Origin: Macrostomum lignano
Lineage: Eukaryota
Direction of reading: 5' to 3'
DNA length: 64,000 bases
Assembly: GCA_002269645.1 (NCBI GenBank)
Contig: NIVC01003160.1
Coordinates: 1 to 64,000, forward strand
Made by a program: the position numbers and the translations under genes
The notes under the pieces: generated by a model
What the model saw: only the letters and a program-made list of their open reading frames with translations
Databases searched by the model: none
What the model was told of the DNA's origin: nothing
Shown here: piece after piece, positions 37,720-53,200 of the stretch
Layout: each line of letters opens with the position of its first letter
How positions within the stretch are numbered: position 1 is the first letter of the stretch

Positions 37720-37767
37720 CTGTGGCCGGATTGGGATATGAGAGACGCTATTAGGGTGGAAAGCTTT

Positions 37768-37925
37768 TACCTGCACCCTCCTCACCTGCACCCTCCTCAC
37801 CTGCACCCTCCTCACCTGCACCCTCCTCACCTGCACCCTCCTCACCTGCACCCTCCTCACCTGCACCCTCCTCACCTGCACCCTCCTCACCTGCACTCTC
37901 CTCACCTGCACCCATCTCGCCTGCA
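37768..37925. repeat. 15-bp repeat (CACCTGCACCCTCCT), ~10 copies
   Basis: Visible. Confidence 0.92.
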
Positions 37926-38514
37926 CCCCGAAGTCGGCACGCACACAAATATTGTTATAAATACATATAAAGACATATAAACTTTATAAAAGAGCAATTA
38001 AACTTTTTTAAATGCGATTTAATTAACAAAAAAATTGCTCTCAGTTGGACACCTAGAGCCGGATGCAAAATAGCAGAACTAACAATTTGATGTTAAAAGT
38101 TTTCTTCTATTTTCTCTTGACATTGACTACGAGTGGAGCAGCTTCAACACTCCATTTGGGTGTGAGAAGCATTAGGCTCAGCTCTTTTCTCTTATGCCCT
38201 TATCTTCCTCCGGCTGACTCTCGCGAAAAAGGTCATTCAAAACGACACTCGACCGTAACTTGACACTTGGCCCTAAAACTGACACGCGCATCGTGCCAAA
38301 AAACTTATTTTATTATTTCGTCACCTCATCTGTATGGAGCAAGTGTTTAGCCCTGGCTACAGGTGATTTTCCTATCTAACAGGGTGAGTTTAATGGTTAT
38401 AAGAAGTCTAAGTGCGTCTGAGTTCTCCCACACTTCCTTTCTGCAGCTAATTGTTGCTGTCAGAACTGAATCTCTGATTTTCATTGGTGATAACTGTCTC
38501 TGCAAACCAATCTC

Positions 38515-39110
38515 TCCGACTCTCCATCTCCCTCTCTCCCTCTTCCTCTCCTTATATCCATGTCTCCCCATCTCCCCGTCTTCCTCTCCCTGTCTACCTA
38601 TCTCCCTGTCTCCCTCTCCCTGTCTCCCTCTCCCTGTCTGTCTGTCTGTCTCCCTGTCTCCCTGTATCTTCTCTCCCTCTCTCCCTCTCTCCCTCTCTCC
38701 CTCTCTCCCTCTCTCCCTCTCTCCCTCTCTCCCTCTCTCCCTCTCTCCCTCTCTCCCTCTCTCCCTCTCTCCCTCTCTCCCTCTCTCCCTGTCTCTCTGT
38801 CTCCCTCTCTCCCTCTCTCCCTCTCTCCCTCTCTCCCTGTCTCTCTGTCTCCCTCTCTCCCTGTCTCCCTGTCTCCCTCTCTCCCTCTCCCTCTCTTCCT
38901 CTCTCCCTCTCTCCCTCTCTCCCTGTCTCCCTGTCTCCCTGTCTCCCTCTCCCTGTCTGCCTGTCTCCCTGTCTCTCTGTCTCTTCTCTTCCTGTCTCCC
39001 TCTCTCCTTCTCTCCCTCTCTCCCTCTCTCCCTCTCCCTGTCTCCCTGTCTCCCTGTCTTCCTCTCACCCCTCTCCCTCTATCCCTCTTTCTCTGTCTGC
39101 CACTCTCCTT
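38515..39110. repeat. (CTCTCCCT)n / (CTCCCTGT)n low-complexity repeat
   Basis: Visible. Confidence 0.9.
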
Positions 39111-39135
39111 CTCCCCCTCCAGCCCAGCCTCTCAC

Positions 39136-39963
39136 CGACAGCGGAACCAGCCGCCTCCCATTCTCAAACTGTGGCTCAAAATCGTTGGTGTTCTCCACTG
39201 CCAGTCGCACTGTGAGATTCGAATGCAGCCTCCTCGGCTCGCCCTCATCGCTGGCCTGGACCGTCAGCTCAATGATCCTGACTCCGCGCTCTTCGCCCTC
39301 CAGATCGATGTCGCCGACCACCCTCAGCTCCGGCGTGCCTTCGTCTCCATTGACCAGCGAGAACTTTGAGTACGGGCTGGAGTACCGCAGGCCGTCAGGG
39401 AAACTGTAAGTCACGGAGCCGTTCCGCCCCGCATCCGGGTCCGTGGCTCTGGGCAGCAGGACCCTGGCCTGCCTGTCGTGCTCCCGAATCAAAGAATGAA
39501 ACACGCCGCGACTGCTCAAGGTTAAAAACTCTGGCGGATTATCGTTGATATCCTCGATTAGCACCTGCACGTTGATCAGCCGCATCCCGGCGGCGTCTTT
39601 TGGATTCGGCTGGAACATCGCCGTCACCTCAACTTGACAAACTCGATTAGGATTGGTTCGACAGCCTCTGATTGATTCTCTGTCGATTGGCTGGTTGACA
39701 ACCAGCAGGCCGGTGCTGCGGTGCAGCTCGAACAGGTTCGCTGCCGGGTCACTTGACTGCTGCTCGATCAGCTGGTAGAGTCCAGTTGAAGATGCCGGAG
39801 GTGGTGACTGGACTCTCAGGTTGCAGACTAGGCTGCCCTTCGGCTGCTCCTCAACCACCGAACAGCGAGCCTGCTCGCTTGAGCATCTTATTGAATGAGG
39901 CCGGAGAAGCAGTAGAAGCAGCAATAGCGGAAACTGGTAGAGATGAGGCAAGAAAACTGACAT
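39136..39963 (-). CDS. Protocadherin exon 1: signal peptide, EC1, EC2, start of EC3
   Basis: ATG at 39963, poly-Leu signal peptide, EEQPKG...IDRES..CRTNPNRVC...IEDINDNPPEF (protocadherin-type EC1 with a Cys loop), ATDPDAGRNG. Donor tcg|gtgaga, 828 nt, phase 0. Confidence 0.92.
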
Positions 39964-40097
39964 TTGACTTCTGTGTGAAACAGTCTCTGATTGAGTCTCA
40001 CAGTACTTATGGCTGGCCTTAGAACAACTGCAATATGGATTAAAGGGGATGAGGATATTAGCTTGATACTTGCTGCAATCCAGAGTTTAACTTTATC

Positions 40098-41310
40098 CCA
40101 TCCCACACTCTATCCCACACTCTATCATCCCACACTATCATCTCACACTCTATCATCTCACACTCTATCCCACACTGTATCTTACACTCATCCCACACTC
40201 TATCATCCCACACTCTATCATCCCACACTCTATCCCACACTCTATCATCCCACACTCTATCATCTCACACTCTATCATCTCACACTCTATCCCACACTGT
40301 ATCTTACACTCATCCCACACTCTATCATCCCACACTCTATCATCCCACACTCTATCCCACACTCTATCATCCCACACTCTATCATCCCACACTCTATCCC
40401 ACACTCGATCATCCCACACTCTATCCCACACTCTATCATCCCACACTCTATCATCTCACACTCTATCCCACACTGTATCTTACACTCATCCCACACTCTA
40501 TCCCACACTATATCCCACACTCTATCATCCCACACTCTATCATCCCACACTCTATCCCACACTCTATCATCCCACACTCTATCCCACACTCTATCATCCC
40601 ACACTCTATCCCACACTCTATCATCCCACACTCTATCATCCCACACTCTATCATCCCACACTCTATCCCACACTCGATCATCCCACACTCTATCCCACAC
40701 TCTATCATCCCACACTCTATCATCTCACACTCTATCCCACACTGTATCTTACACTCATCCCACACTCTATCCCACACTATATCCCACACTCTATCATCCC
40801 ACACTCTATCATCCCACACTCTATCCCACACTCTATCATCCCACACTCTATCCCACACTCTATCATCCCACACTCTATCATCTCACACTCTATCCCACAC
40901 TGTATCTTACACTCATCTCACACTCTATCCCACACTATATCCCACACTCTATCATCCCACACTCTATCCCACACTCTATCATCCCACACTCTATCCCACA
41001 CTCTATCATCCCACACTCTATCCCACACTCTATCCCACACTCTATCATCCCACACTCTATCATCCCACACTCTATCATCCCACATTCTATCATCCCACAC
41101 TCTATCATCCCCCACTCTATCCCACACTCTATCCCACACTCTATCCCACACTCTATCATCCCACACTCTATCCCACACTCTATCATCCCACACTCTATCC
41201 CACACTCTATCATCCCACACTCTATCCCACACTCTATCATCCCACATTCTATCATCCCACACTCTATCATCCCACACTCTATCATCCCACATTCTATCAT
41301 CCCACACTCT
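40098..41310. repeat. Composite 12/15-bp minisatellite (TATCATCCCACACTC / TATCCCACACTC)
   Basis: Visible; starts about 135 nt upstream of the protocadherin ATG. Confidence 0.94.
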
Positions 41311-41658
41311 AAGCGGACTTTAACTTAAATTAATATGAATTAATGTGACATTTCAACGGACGCTATCTGACAGCTTTTATCTGGCACAACCGCTCAAGTC
41401 TCTATCTAAGAAGCAAAAAATATTTTCAACTCAACATCTCTGCTTATGAATCGCCAGCCCTGCAAAAAATGGAGAAAAATTGTACAAAAAAACCTGCCAC
41501 CTCTTTTTTATTGACCTGTCGAATTTGATGTGGGCGCTCACGCGAGCGGCCTCTGCCCTTCATTGGGACGATTAAAAATGAGTAAAGCCTACAATGTGCA
41601 ATTAGTGAATGAAATTCTCAAGGAAGACTGAAAACTCTCCCTCTAGCCAGCCAGAGAT

Positions 41659-41666
41659 TGACGTCA
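41659..41666. promoter_or_regulatory. Perfect CRE palindrome TGACGTCA upstream of the protocadherin
   Basis: Exact 8-mer in unique sequence ~1.7 kb from the ATG; could be chance. Confidence 0.25.
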
Positions 41667-41951
41667 GCTGGAGGGCCTCGTATTTCTAAGAAATTATAGG
41701 ACTTAAAAATATATAGTGAGAAGACTGAGAGACCGGGGCGGTTGGGCGAAGTGAATTATTGATTTTGAGAGGCCCGCGAGAACTGAGTAGAACGGGGGAG
41801 CATTTCGCTACTCATTATTGGATGGAGACAGACGATTCGATTATATTGGGAATCTTCGGTCTTTATAGAGGGAGTTAATTTTTTATGTCAAATTATTCCA
41901 GTGCTATCTCAGTCTCTGATGATGCCACAGTTCTTTTATTTTTTCATAGTC

Positions 41952-43020
41952 TTCTACCAATCTGCCTCATATTCTACCAATCTGCCTCATATTCTACCAA
42001 TCTGCCTCATATTCTACCAGTCTGCCTCATATTCTACCAATCTGTCTCATATTCTACCAGTCTGCCTCATATTCTACCAGTCTGCCTCATATTCTACCAA
42101 TCTGCCTCATATTCTACCAATCTGCCTCATATTCTACCAATCTGTCTCATATTCTACCAATCTGCCTCATATTCTACCAATCTGCCTCATATTCTACCAA
42201 TCTGCCTCATATTCTACCAATCTGTCTCATATTCTACCAATCTGCCTCATATTCTACCAATCTGTCTCATATTCTACCAGTCTGCCTCATATTCTACCAA
42301 TCTGTCTCATATTCTACCAGTCTGCCTCATATTCTACCAATCTGCCTCATATTCTACCAATCTGCCTCATATTCTACCAATCTGCCTCATATTCTACCAA
42401 TCTGTCTCATATTCTACCAATCTGCCTCATATTCTACCAATCTGCCTCATATTCTACCAATCTGCCTCATATTCTACCAATCTGTCTCATATTCTACCAA
42501 TCTGCCTCATATTCTACCAATCTGCCTCATATTCTACCAATCTGCCTCATATTCTACCAATCTGCTTCATATTCTACCAATCTGCCTCATATTCTACCAA
42601 TCTGTCTCATATTCTACCAATCTGCCTCATATTCTACCAATCTGTCTCATATTCTACCAATCTGCCTCATATTCTACCAATCTACCTCATATTCTACCAA
42701 TCTACCTCATATTCTACCAATCTGCCTCATATTCTACCAATCTACCTTATACTTTTTCAAGCCACATTCTACTATACCATTCTTCCTTCTACTGCTCTAC
42801 CAATCTACCATCTACCCTCTGCTAGTTTACCTTGTACTTTACAAATATATCTTCTAATCTACCAATCTACCCTGTACTACTCTACAAATCTACCTTCTAC
42901 TCTACAAATCTACCATCTACTTTACTAATCTACCTTCCACTCAACCTATCTACCTTCTACTCTACCAATCTACGGTCTACTCTACCAATCTACTTCTACT
43001 CTACTAATCTACTTTCTACT
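41952..43020. repeat. Minisatellite, 20-bp unit (ATTCTACCAATCTGCCTCAT), degenerating after ~42730
   Basis: Visible. Confidence 0.94.
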
Positions 43021-43677
43021 CTCTCACAGTCTGCCTGCCACCTCACCCTACGTCCCTCTCAAAATGTCATTCGCATTTTTTCATATCAAAGCCAATGCCA
43101 GAGAGGCCATGCAGACGAAAACATTGCGTGTCTTGGAGGCAGAGACAGAGAGATGGAGAGAGAAATGCACAGCCTTGCCAACTGACACTCAGTGCATTGA
43201 GTCAGCAGCGCTCCCAGACACCAGAGAGGGACTTTGAGCTTGTTAATCTAGTGCGGCACGATAGAGTATCATCAAAGTCAGGGCGCGGGCCCTTTATCGG
43301 TAAAAACAGACAGACAAGGGGAGTCGCTGTTTCTAAGCAGGCCTTGTTGCTGCTTCGGCCCTTTTGATGTTTTCTGGAGAGTGGAAAATGATGCTTGCAG
43401 TTGAATGCTTACTCGCTTCACTGATCAGTTTTATGGTTTAGTCTTGAAATAATCTCAAAAAACAGTATTTGGGTGTATCTCATTTTGAAGAAGCCAGATT
43501 TAATATAAAATCTTATCTGAATTAAAGAATAATGATTAGGCATGGAAAATATGAGAAAGTAGGACAATATGAGATGAAGAAGGAAGCTGAAATGAGGCTC
43601 GACTACTAGTATTGAAGAATATGATTAGAAAAGAAAAAGAAGAGAGATTCGAGAAGAAGACAGTGGGTAGGAGAGAG

Positions 43678-44178
43678 TGAGAAGGAGAGGGAGGAGAGGG
43701 AGAGGGAGAGGGAGAGGGAGAGGGAGAGGGAGAGGGGAGGGAGAGGGAGAGGGAGAGGGAGAGGGAGAGGGAGAGGAGAGGAGAGGAGAGGGAGAGGGAG
43801 AGGGAGAGGGAGAGGGAGAGGGAGAGGGAGAGGAGAGGGAGAGGGAGAGGGAGAGGGAGAGGGAGAGGGAGAGGAGAGAGGAGAGAGGAGAGGGAGAGGG
43901 AGAGGGGAGGGAGAGGGAGAGGGAGAGGGAGAGGGAGAGGGAGAGGAGAGGGAGAGGGAGAGGGAGAGGGAGAGGGAGAGGAGAGGAGAGGGAGAGGGAG
44001 AGGGAGAGAGAGAGGGAGAGGAGAGGGAGAGGGAGAGGGAGAGGGAGAGAGAGAGGGAGAGGGAGAGGGAGAGGGAGAGAGAGAGGAGAGGGAGAGGGAG
44101 AGGGAGAGGGAGAGGGAGAGGGAGAGGGAGAGGGAGAGGGAGAGGGAGAGGGAGAGGGAGAGGGAGAGGGAGAAGGAG
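43678..44178. repeat. (GAGAGG)n hexamer
   Basis: Visible. Confidence 0.95.
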
Positions 44179-44714
44179 AGGCAGAGTCGAGTAGGAGGCA
44201 CAGTGAGGGTCAGGCTGCAGTTGAGCAGACTCAGCGCAGGAAGTCGGAGTGAACGCCAAAATTTTGTTTAGTATTGCTATGAGCGACTTCAGGAGCTTTT
44301 ATAGACATACATTCTGCAAAACGTACTGAAGCCAGGGCTAATAATGTAGCCACTTCCTGTGCGAGTATGTTTCCAGTTATTGAAACTGAATATAAATTAG
44401 TAACCATATAAGTTACTGGAGAAGATATGGTCTGTTTATTCTAAGCCCCTTGGCTGAAGTTTTGGCTGGAATTATGCCAACTGTTTGTGTCATCTACATG
44501 TAGCAATGCGAAGTAATTAGAGCGAGATTCTATTTGAACCGCATGGCTAACATTGGTTTTCTATAGGCATTTCTAACCAGACTTATGCTTCTATAAATAT
44601 TATTAGTCATTGCAGATTACTCAATATTTGTTTAGACAAAGTTGAATGCTTTAAGTTGCATCTGTGCGGCCTTAAGGAGTCATTTGTTGCTGGTTTTCTC
44701 AAATTTATACTCAG

Positions 44715-45395
44715 GATAGAGTCTATTACCGCTCTATGATCTTTTGGATAGAGACTATGACCGCTCTATGATCTATTAGATAGAGTCTATGACCGCTCTA
44801 TGATCTTTTAGATAGAGGCTATGACCGCTCTATGATCTTTTAGATAGAGACTATGACCGCTCTATGATCTTTTAGATAGAGGCTATGACCGCTCTATGAT
44901 CTTTTAGATTGAGACTATGACCGCTGGATGATCTTTTAGATTGAGACTATTACCGCTCTATGATCTTTTAGATAGAGGCTATGACCGCTCTATGATCTTT
45001 TAGACAGAGGCTATAACCGCTCTATGATCTTTTAGACAGAGGCTATGACCGCTCTATGATCTTTTAGACAGAGGCTATGACCGCTCTATGATCTTTTAGA
45101 CAGAGGCTATGACCGCTCTATGATCTTTTAGACAGAGGCTATGACCGCTCTATGATCTTTTAGACAGAGGCTATGACCGCTCTATGATCTTTTAGACAGA
45201 GGCTATGACCGCTCTATGATCTTTTAGACAGAGGCTATGACCGCTCTATGATCTTTTAGACAGAGGCTATGACCGCTCTATGATCTTTTAGATAGAGGCT
45301 ATGACCGCTCTATGATCTTTTAGATAGAGGCTATGACCGCTCTATGATCTTTTAGATAGAGGCTATGACCGCTCTATGATCTTTTGGATAGACTA
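44715..45395. repeat. Minisatellite, 32-bp unit (GACCGCTCTATGATCTTTTAGATAGAGGCTAT), ~21 copies
   Basis: Visible. Confidence 0.95.
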
Positions 45396-46589
45396 TGACC
45401 CATTTCTACCATCTTGTACTTAAGCTTGACCAATTTCTATCATTTAGACCGAGGCAGGACTACCTGATTTCAGACCTCTTAAATGTGAAAAAACAAAAAG
45501 CAAAGAATGCAAAAAATGAAATTACTTACTGGAACCGTTGCTATCATTTAGTAGCTAAGCCGACAAATTCTTTTATAAAGCCGAGCCTTCTCTGTAATGA
45601 CAAGCTGCTTTTCAGTTTTTTCTCTACTTTTCTGCCAGCTGGAAAACCTGTGTGAGGTCCTTAACTCCAACCCCTCACCAGGCGCGTCAGCGCATGTTTC
45701 AACCAGTGGTCAACGCTGATTGGCTGGGCTACGAACCAGCCAATGAGAGTCGACTAGCTGTGTTATACAGATTTCAATGAATGATAAGCGATGCCTCCAG
45801 CCTGTCATGGAGTGTTCGATAAAAGTGTATGGACAAGAGCCGTTGATTGCTACTACAAAATACTGTTTGACCTAAAAAGCGAAATGCAACCAAAACTCTT
45901 GATTGTCTATGGTAAATCCATGGCGGATGGCGGGCACCCTGGCGCAACATACCTGCGCGCAAATACTGTACGCATTCACGCACTCACATACACGTTCACA
46001 CAGTGTGTACAGCGGCCCTGACTGTCTAATCGTCAGGCACGTACACTCCTGACTCTCGGTAGCTCTCTTGTGGTCGTGGCCAGAGAGTCAGACGCTTCCA
46101 AAGTTTCCTTTTCATATTAGGCAATTTTAGGACTCCATGAACCACTCTGCGACCTACAGCACAGCTTTGGTAGTAACAGTGGCCAGTGCAATTAATAACT
46201 TTTGACTTCTATCTCTTCTGCAGAAGACAGCGAAGCAACATGCTGCGGCCCCGTCAGGGGCTTTGGTGGCCGACTTAAATTTTTTTTTCAGTTCTGTTTC
46301 TACGTGTCGCCAAAAACTAAGTTTCTGCTTTCGCGAAACCGCGCGGTGACTGCTGGGGGGAGCCGGGGCACAGTGAGAGAGAAGAATGATTAGGGTGAGG
46401 ATTTACTAAGCTTGCATCCAGGCTGTTGGATGGCCCACCGGGGAGTGTGGAGACTGGGTGGGTAGGGTCGAGCCCCATAGACAGACAGATGGCGGAATTC
46501 GCATCGCTGCCCGTGACACGTCATAAATCAATCTAGGGGCGCTATGGTAGTGCAGTGGCAAGCAGACGGGTGCTGTTGAAATATTCTCT

Positions 46590-47205
<616 letters not shown>

Positions 47206-47428
47206 AGACGAATGAACAGCAGGAGCCATTGACCCTCTAAAGTGAGTTTTTACTGCTCCCTCAGTCGAGTTTCTTATTTTACTGCTTCCACAAGAGCTTC
47301 TTTCGAGTTTCTGGCTGGAACATCAGGGCAGGCAAGTCAGTCCGCTAGTAAAAAATGATTCCGCAGACATTTTTGGCACAGATTTTTGTCCAGTTCGTCC
47401 CAACTCGCTTTTTTTGCCTGGCTGGACG

Positions 47429-47460
47429 ATGCAGAGAGGCGGGCGGGGGCAGCAAAGTGG
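47429..47460 (+). CDS. Candidate first coding exon of the peroxiredoxin-like gene (MQRGGRGQQSG)
   Basis: ATG at 47429 after the acceptor-like tttttgtccag at 47393. Donor gg|gtgaaa in phase 2 matches the acceptor at 58399 and gives a continuous RGG-rich N-terminus. Supported by phase and composition only. Confidence 0.35.
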
Positions 47461-47724
47461 GTGAAACTCGCCGCGCAGTTCGGCTTTTAGGGGGGGGGGT
47501 GGCAGAGATGCTTAGGGATGGCACACTGCACTGCAGCAATGGGATATTGACAATTAAGCCTGTGGCTTCGATTCTTTTTGCAATAATTTACGTCAGTAGC
47601 TTCCGCCGTTGCGGTATTGGCGCAATCTGCCGCTAGTGTGCATGTTTTTGCCATGTTTTCGTTAGTGGGAGTTGGAGATCAAAGTATGCGGTATCATTTT
47701 GAAATTGTGTCAGCTTTTCCATTG

Positions 47725-48186
47725 GACTGACTGACTGACTGACTGACTGACTGACTGACTGACTGACTGACTGACTGACTGACTGACTGACTGACTGACT
47801 GACTGACTGACTGACTGACTGACTGACTGACTGACTGACTGACTGACTGACTGACTGACTGACTGACTGACTGACTGACTGACTGACTGACTGACTGACT
47901 GACTGACTGACTGACTGACTGACTGACTGACTGACTGACTGACTGACTGACTGACTGACTGACTGACTGACTGACTGACTGACTGACTGACTGACTGACT
48001 GACTGACTGACTGACTGACTGACTGACTGACTGACTGACTGACTGACTGACTGACTGACTGACTGACTGACTGACTGACTGACTGACTGACTGACTGACT
48101 GACTGACTGACTGACTGACTGACTGACTGACTGACTGACTGACTGACTGACTGACTGACTGACTGACTGACTGACTGACTGACTGA
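47725..48186. repeat. Uninterrupted (GACT)n microsatellite, ~115 units
   Basis: Visible; no variant units seen. Confidence 0.97.
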
Positions 48187-48227
48187 AAGACACGAGACCT
48201 CAGACAGATGCTAGGACGCAAACTATA

Positions 48228-49385
48228 CAGACACTAATACAGACAATACAGACACTAATTTAGACATTACAGACACTAATTTAGACATTACAGACACTAA
48301 TTTAGACATTACAGACACTAATTTAGACATTACAGACACTATTACACACAATACAGACACTAATTTAGACATTACAGACAGTAATTTAGACATTACAGAC
48401 ACTAATTTAGACATTACAGACAGTAATTTAGACATTGCACACACTAATTTAGACATTACAGACACTAATTTAGACATTACAGACACTAATTTAGACATTA
48501 CAGACACTAATTTAGACATTACAGACACTAATTTAGACATTACAGACACTAATTTAGACATTACAGACACTGATTCAGACACTACAGACACTGATACAGA
48601 CAATACAGACACTGATACAGACACTACAGACACTGATACAGACACTACAGACACTGATACAGACAGTATACCAGACACTGATTCAGACATTACAGACACT
48701 GATACAGACAGTATACAGACACTGATACAGACAGTATACCAGACACTGATTCAGACACTACAGACACTGATACAGACACTACAGACACTGATACAGACAG
48801 TATACAGACACTGATACAGACACTACAGACACTGATACAGACACTACAGACACTGATACAGACAGTATACAGACACTGATACAGACACTACAGACACTGA
48901 TACAGACACTACAGACACTGATACAGACAGTATACAGACACTGATACAGACACTACAGACACTGATACAGACACTACAGACACTGATACAGACACTACAG
49001 ACACTGATACAGACACTACAGACACTGATACAGACAGTATACCAGACACTGATTCAGACATTACAGACACTAATACAGACAGTATACAGACACTGATTCA
49101 GACTTTACAGACATTATTACAGACAGTATACAGACACTGATTCAGACACTACAGACACTATTACAGACAGTATACAGACACTGATTCAGACATTACAGAC
49201 ACTTTTACAGACAGTATACAGACACTGATTCAGACATTACAGACACTTTTACAGACAGTATACAGACACTGATTCAGACACTACAGACACTATTACAGAC
49301 AGTATACAGACACTGATTCAGACATTACAGACACTATTACAGACAGTATACAGACACTGATTCAGACACTACAGACACTGATTCA
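48228..49385. repeat. Composite CAGACACT-based minisatellite (21-bp and related units)
   Basis: Visible. Confidence 0.92.
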
Positions 49386-50209
49386 GAGTCTATCACTAAA
49401 ACAGGCATAATTATTGCAGCTACGGGATTTTCAGTTCAGCAGGCAATAATCTTTACTTTTACTTTTTCTACTGCAGTTTAGTAAGCAATAATTGACAATT
49501 ATACACGCCAGTTCCGGGTGCAAAAGTACACCTAATTGGGTGAAGAGCAGGTGCAGTTGCACATCTGTCTGTCCAGATTGCTTCAATCTGTGCCCAGCAG
49601 ACGAGAATGCGGTATTCGAATTTCGAATCCCTTTATAAACCAAAGCAAGTCTGTGTAGAAGAAGGTCAAAAAGTAAATGTAAATATTAACCCAGCTTCGC
49701 ATTTTACTGTTGCCATGCAAGATGAAGCTTGCTTGCGAGAAAAACTCGAAAAAACCCATCTCTAACACTGCACAGCTTCAGAAATATTTTCGAATTTATG
49801 TTTACGCTTGTACAAACTTTTAAATTTACATGATTTTCAACGTTTTCATGGAGTCCTCCGTAACAGCTGGCAAAGTTTGGGTAAACAGGCGAAAAATTAT
49901 GAAACTAAAAAAATCCTATAGGATGAACCTCCCTGCCGTGGCTGCCTGACTGAGGGAAAACACCAAAACTGTAGCATTTTTTTCGCATTGGAAATGCCGA
50001 GCCAATACACAGTTTGTAAGCCAATTTCCTCAACCTGCACACTTTGCAAGGTAAAAAATTGCATTGGCTGAAATTATGCACGGTTTCCTGTGCTTCCGGT
50101 TTGTAAGCGACGCTTTTAGGTGCAGTGGCTAAGGTTTTATTGCAGCTGCGAATTGCTGCTATTTGTGCCATTGAATCATTGACTGTGGGCTAAAGCTGGA
50201 TTACGAATA

Positions 50210-53200
50210 TTATAGATTGCTAATCTATAGAATGGATTGCTAATCTATAGACTGGATTGCTAATCTATAGACTGGATTGCTAATCTATAGACTGGATTGC
50301 TAATCTATAGACTGGATTGCTAATCTATAGAATAGATTGCTAATCTATAGATTGGATTGCTAATCTATAGAATGGATTGCTAATCTATAGAATGGAGGGC
50401 TAATCTATAGAATGGATTGCTAATCTATAGAATGGAGGGCTAATCTATAAAATGGATTGCTATTCTATAGACTGGATTGCTAATCTGCAGAACGGATTGC
50501 TAATCTATAGACTGGATTGCTAATCTATAGAACGGATTGCTAATCTATAGAATGGATTGCTAATCTATAGACTGGATTGCTAATCTATAGACTGGATTGC
50601 TAATCTATAGACTGGATTGCTAATCTATAGAATGGATTGCTAATCTATAGAATAGATTGCTAATCTATAGAATGGATTGCTAGTCTATAGAACAGATTGA
50701 TAATCTATAGAATGGATTGCTAATATATAAAATGGATTGCTAATCTACAGAATGGATTGCTAATCTATAGAACGGATTCCTAATCTATAGAATGGATTGC
50801 TAATCTATAGAATGGATTGCTAATCTATAGAATGAATTGCTAATCTGTACATGCTAATCTATAGAATGGATTGCTAGTCTATAGAATGGATTGCTAATCT
50901 ATAGAATGGATTGCTAATCTATAGAATGGATTGCTAATCTATAGAATGGATTGCTAGTCTATAGAATGGATTGCTAATCTATAGAATGGATTGCTAATCT
51001 ATAGAATGGATTGCTAATCTATAGAATGGATTGCTAATCTATAGAATAGATTGCTAATCTATAGACTGGATTGCTAATCTATAGAACGGATTGCTAATCT
51101 ATAGAATGGATTGCTAATCTATAAAATGGATTGCTAATCTATAAACTGGATTGCTAATCTATAGACTGGATTGCTAATCTATAGAATGGAATGCTAATCT
51201 ATAGAATGGATTGCTAATCTATAGAATGGATTGCTAGTCTATAGAACAGATTGATAATCTATAGAATGGATTGCTAATATATAAAATGGATTGCTAATCT
51301 ACAGACTGGATTGCTAGTCTATAGAATGGATTGCTAATCTATAGAATGGATTGCTAGTCTACAGAATGGATTGCTAATCTATAGAATGGATTGCTTATCT
51401 ATAGAATGGATTGCTAGTCTTTAGAACAGATTGATAATCTATAGAATGGATTGCTAATCTATAGAATGAATTGCTAATCTGTACATGCTAATCTATAGAA
51501 TGGATTGCTAGTCTATAGAATGGATTGCTAATCTATAGAATGGATTGCTAATCTATAGAATGGATTGCTAGTCTATAGAATGGATTGATAATCTATAGAA
51601 TGGATTGCTAATATATAAAATGGATTGCTAATCTACAGAATGGATTGCTAGTCTATAGAATGGATTGCTAATCTATAGAATGGATTGCTAGTCTATAGAA
51701 CAGATTGATAATCTATAGAATGGATTGCTAATATATAAAATGGATTGCTAATCTACAGAATGGATTGCTAATCTATAGAATGGATTGCTAATCTATAGAA
51801 TGGATTGCTAGTCTTTAGAACAGATTGATAATCTATAGAATGGATTGCTAATCTATAGAATGAATTGCTAATCTGTACATGCTAATCTATAGAATGGATT
51901 GCTAGTCTATAGAATGGATTGCTAATCTATAGAATGGATTGCTAATCTATAGAATGGATTGCTAATCTATAGAATGGATTGCTAGTCTATAGAATGGATT
52001 GCTAATCTATAGAATGGATTGCTAATCTATAGAATGGATTGCTAATCTATAGAATGGATTGCTAGTCTATAGAATGGATTGCTAATCTATAGAATGGATT
52101 GCTAATCTATAGACTGGATTGCTAATCTATAGAACGGATTGCTAATCTATAGAATGGATTGCTAATCTATAAAATGGATTGCTATTCTATAGACTGGATT
52201 GCTAATCTGCAGAACGGATTGCTAATCTATAGACTGGATTGCTAATCTATAGAACGGATTGCTAATCTATAGAATGGATTGCTAATCTATAGACTGGATT
52301 GCTAATCTATAGACTGGATTGCTAATCTATAGACTGGATTGCTAATCTATAGAATGGATTGCTAATCTATAGAATGGATTGCTAATCTATAGAATGGATT
52401 GCTAGTCTATAGAACAGATTGATAATCTATAGAATGGATTGCTAATATATAAAATGGATTGCTAATCTACAGAATGGATTGCTAATCTATAGAATGGATT
52501 GCTTATCTATAGAATGGATTGCTAATCTATAGAATGGATTGCTAGTCTATAGAATGGATTGCTAATCTATAGAATGGATTGCTAATCTATAGAATGGATT
52601 GCTAATCTATAGAATGGATTGCTAGTCTATAGAATGGATTGCTAATCTATAGAATGGATTGCTAATCTATAGACTGGATTGCTAATCTATAGAACGGATT
52701 GCTAATCTATAGAATGGATTGCTAATCTATAAAATGGATTGCTATTCTATAGACTGGATTGCTAATCTGCAGAACGGATTGCTAATCTATAGACTGGATT
52801 GCTAATCTATAGAACGGATTGCTAATCTATAGAATGGATTGCTAATCTATAGACTGGATTGCTAATCTATAGACTGGATTGCTAATCTATAGACTGGATT
52901 GCTAATCTATAGAATGGATTGCTAATCTATAGAATGGATTGCTAATCTATAGAATGGATTGCTAGTCTATAGAACAGATTGATAATCTATAGAATGGATT
53001 GCTAATATATAAAATGGATTGCTAATCTACAGAATGGATTGCTAGTCTATAGAATGGATTGCTAATCTATAGAATGGATTGCTAGTCTATAGAACAGATT
53101 GATAATCTATAGAATGGATTGCTAATATATAAAATGGATTGCTAATCTACAGAATGGATTGCTAATCTATAGAATGGATTGCTAATCTATAGAATGGATT

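Noticed and set aside
46130-46390. Possible alternative first exons (MNHSATYSTAL; KTAKQHAAAPSGAL)
   Set aside because: Weak donors and no phase-consistent link to downstream exons.
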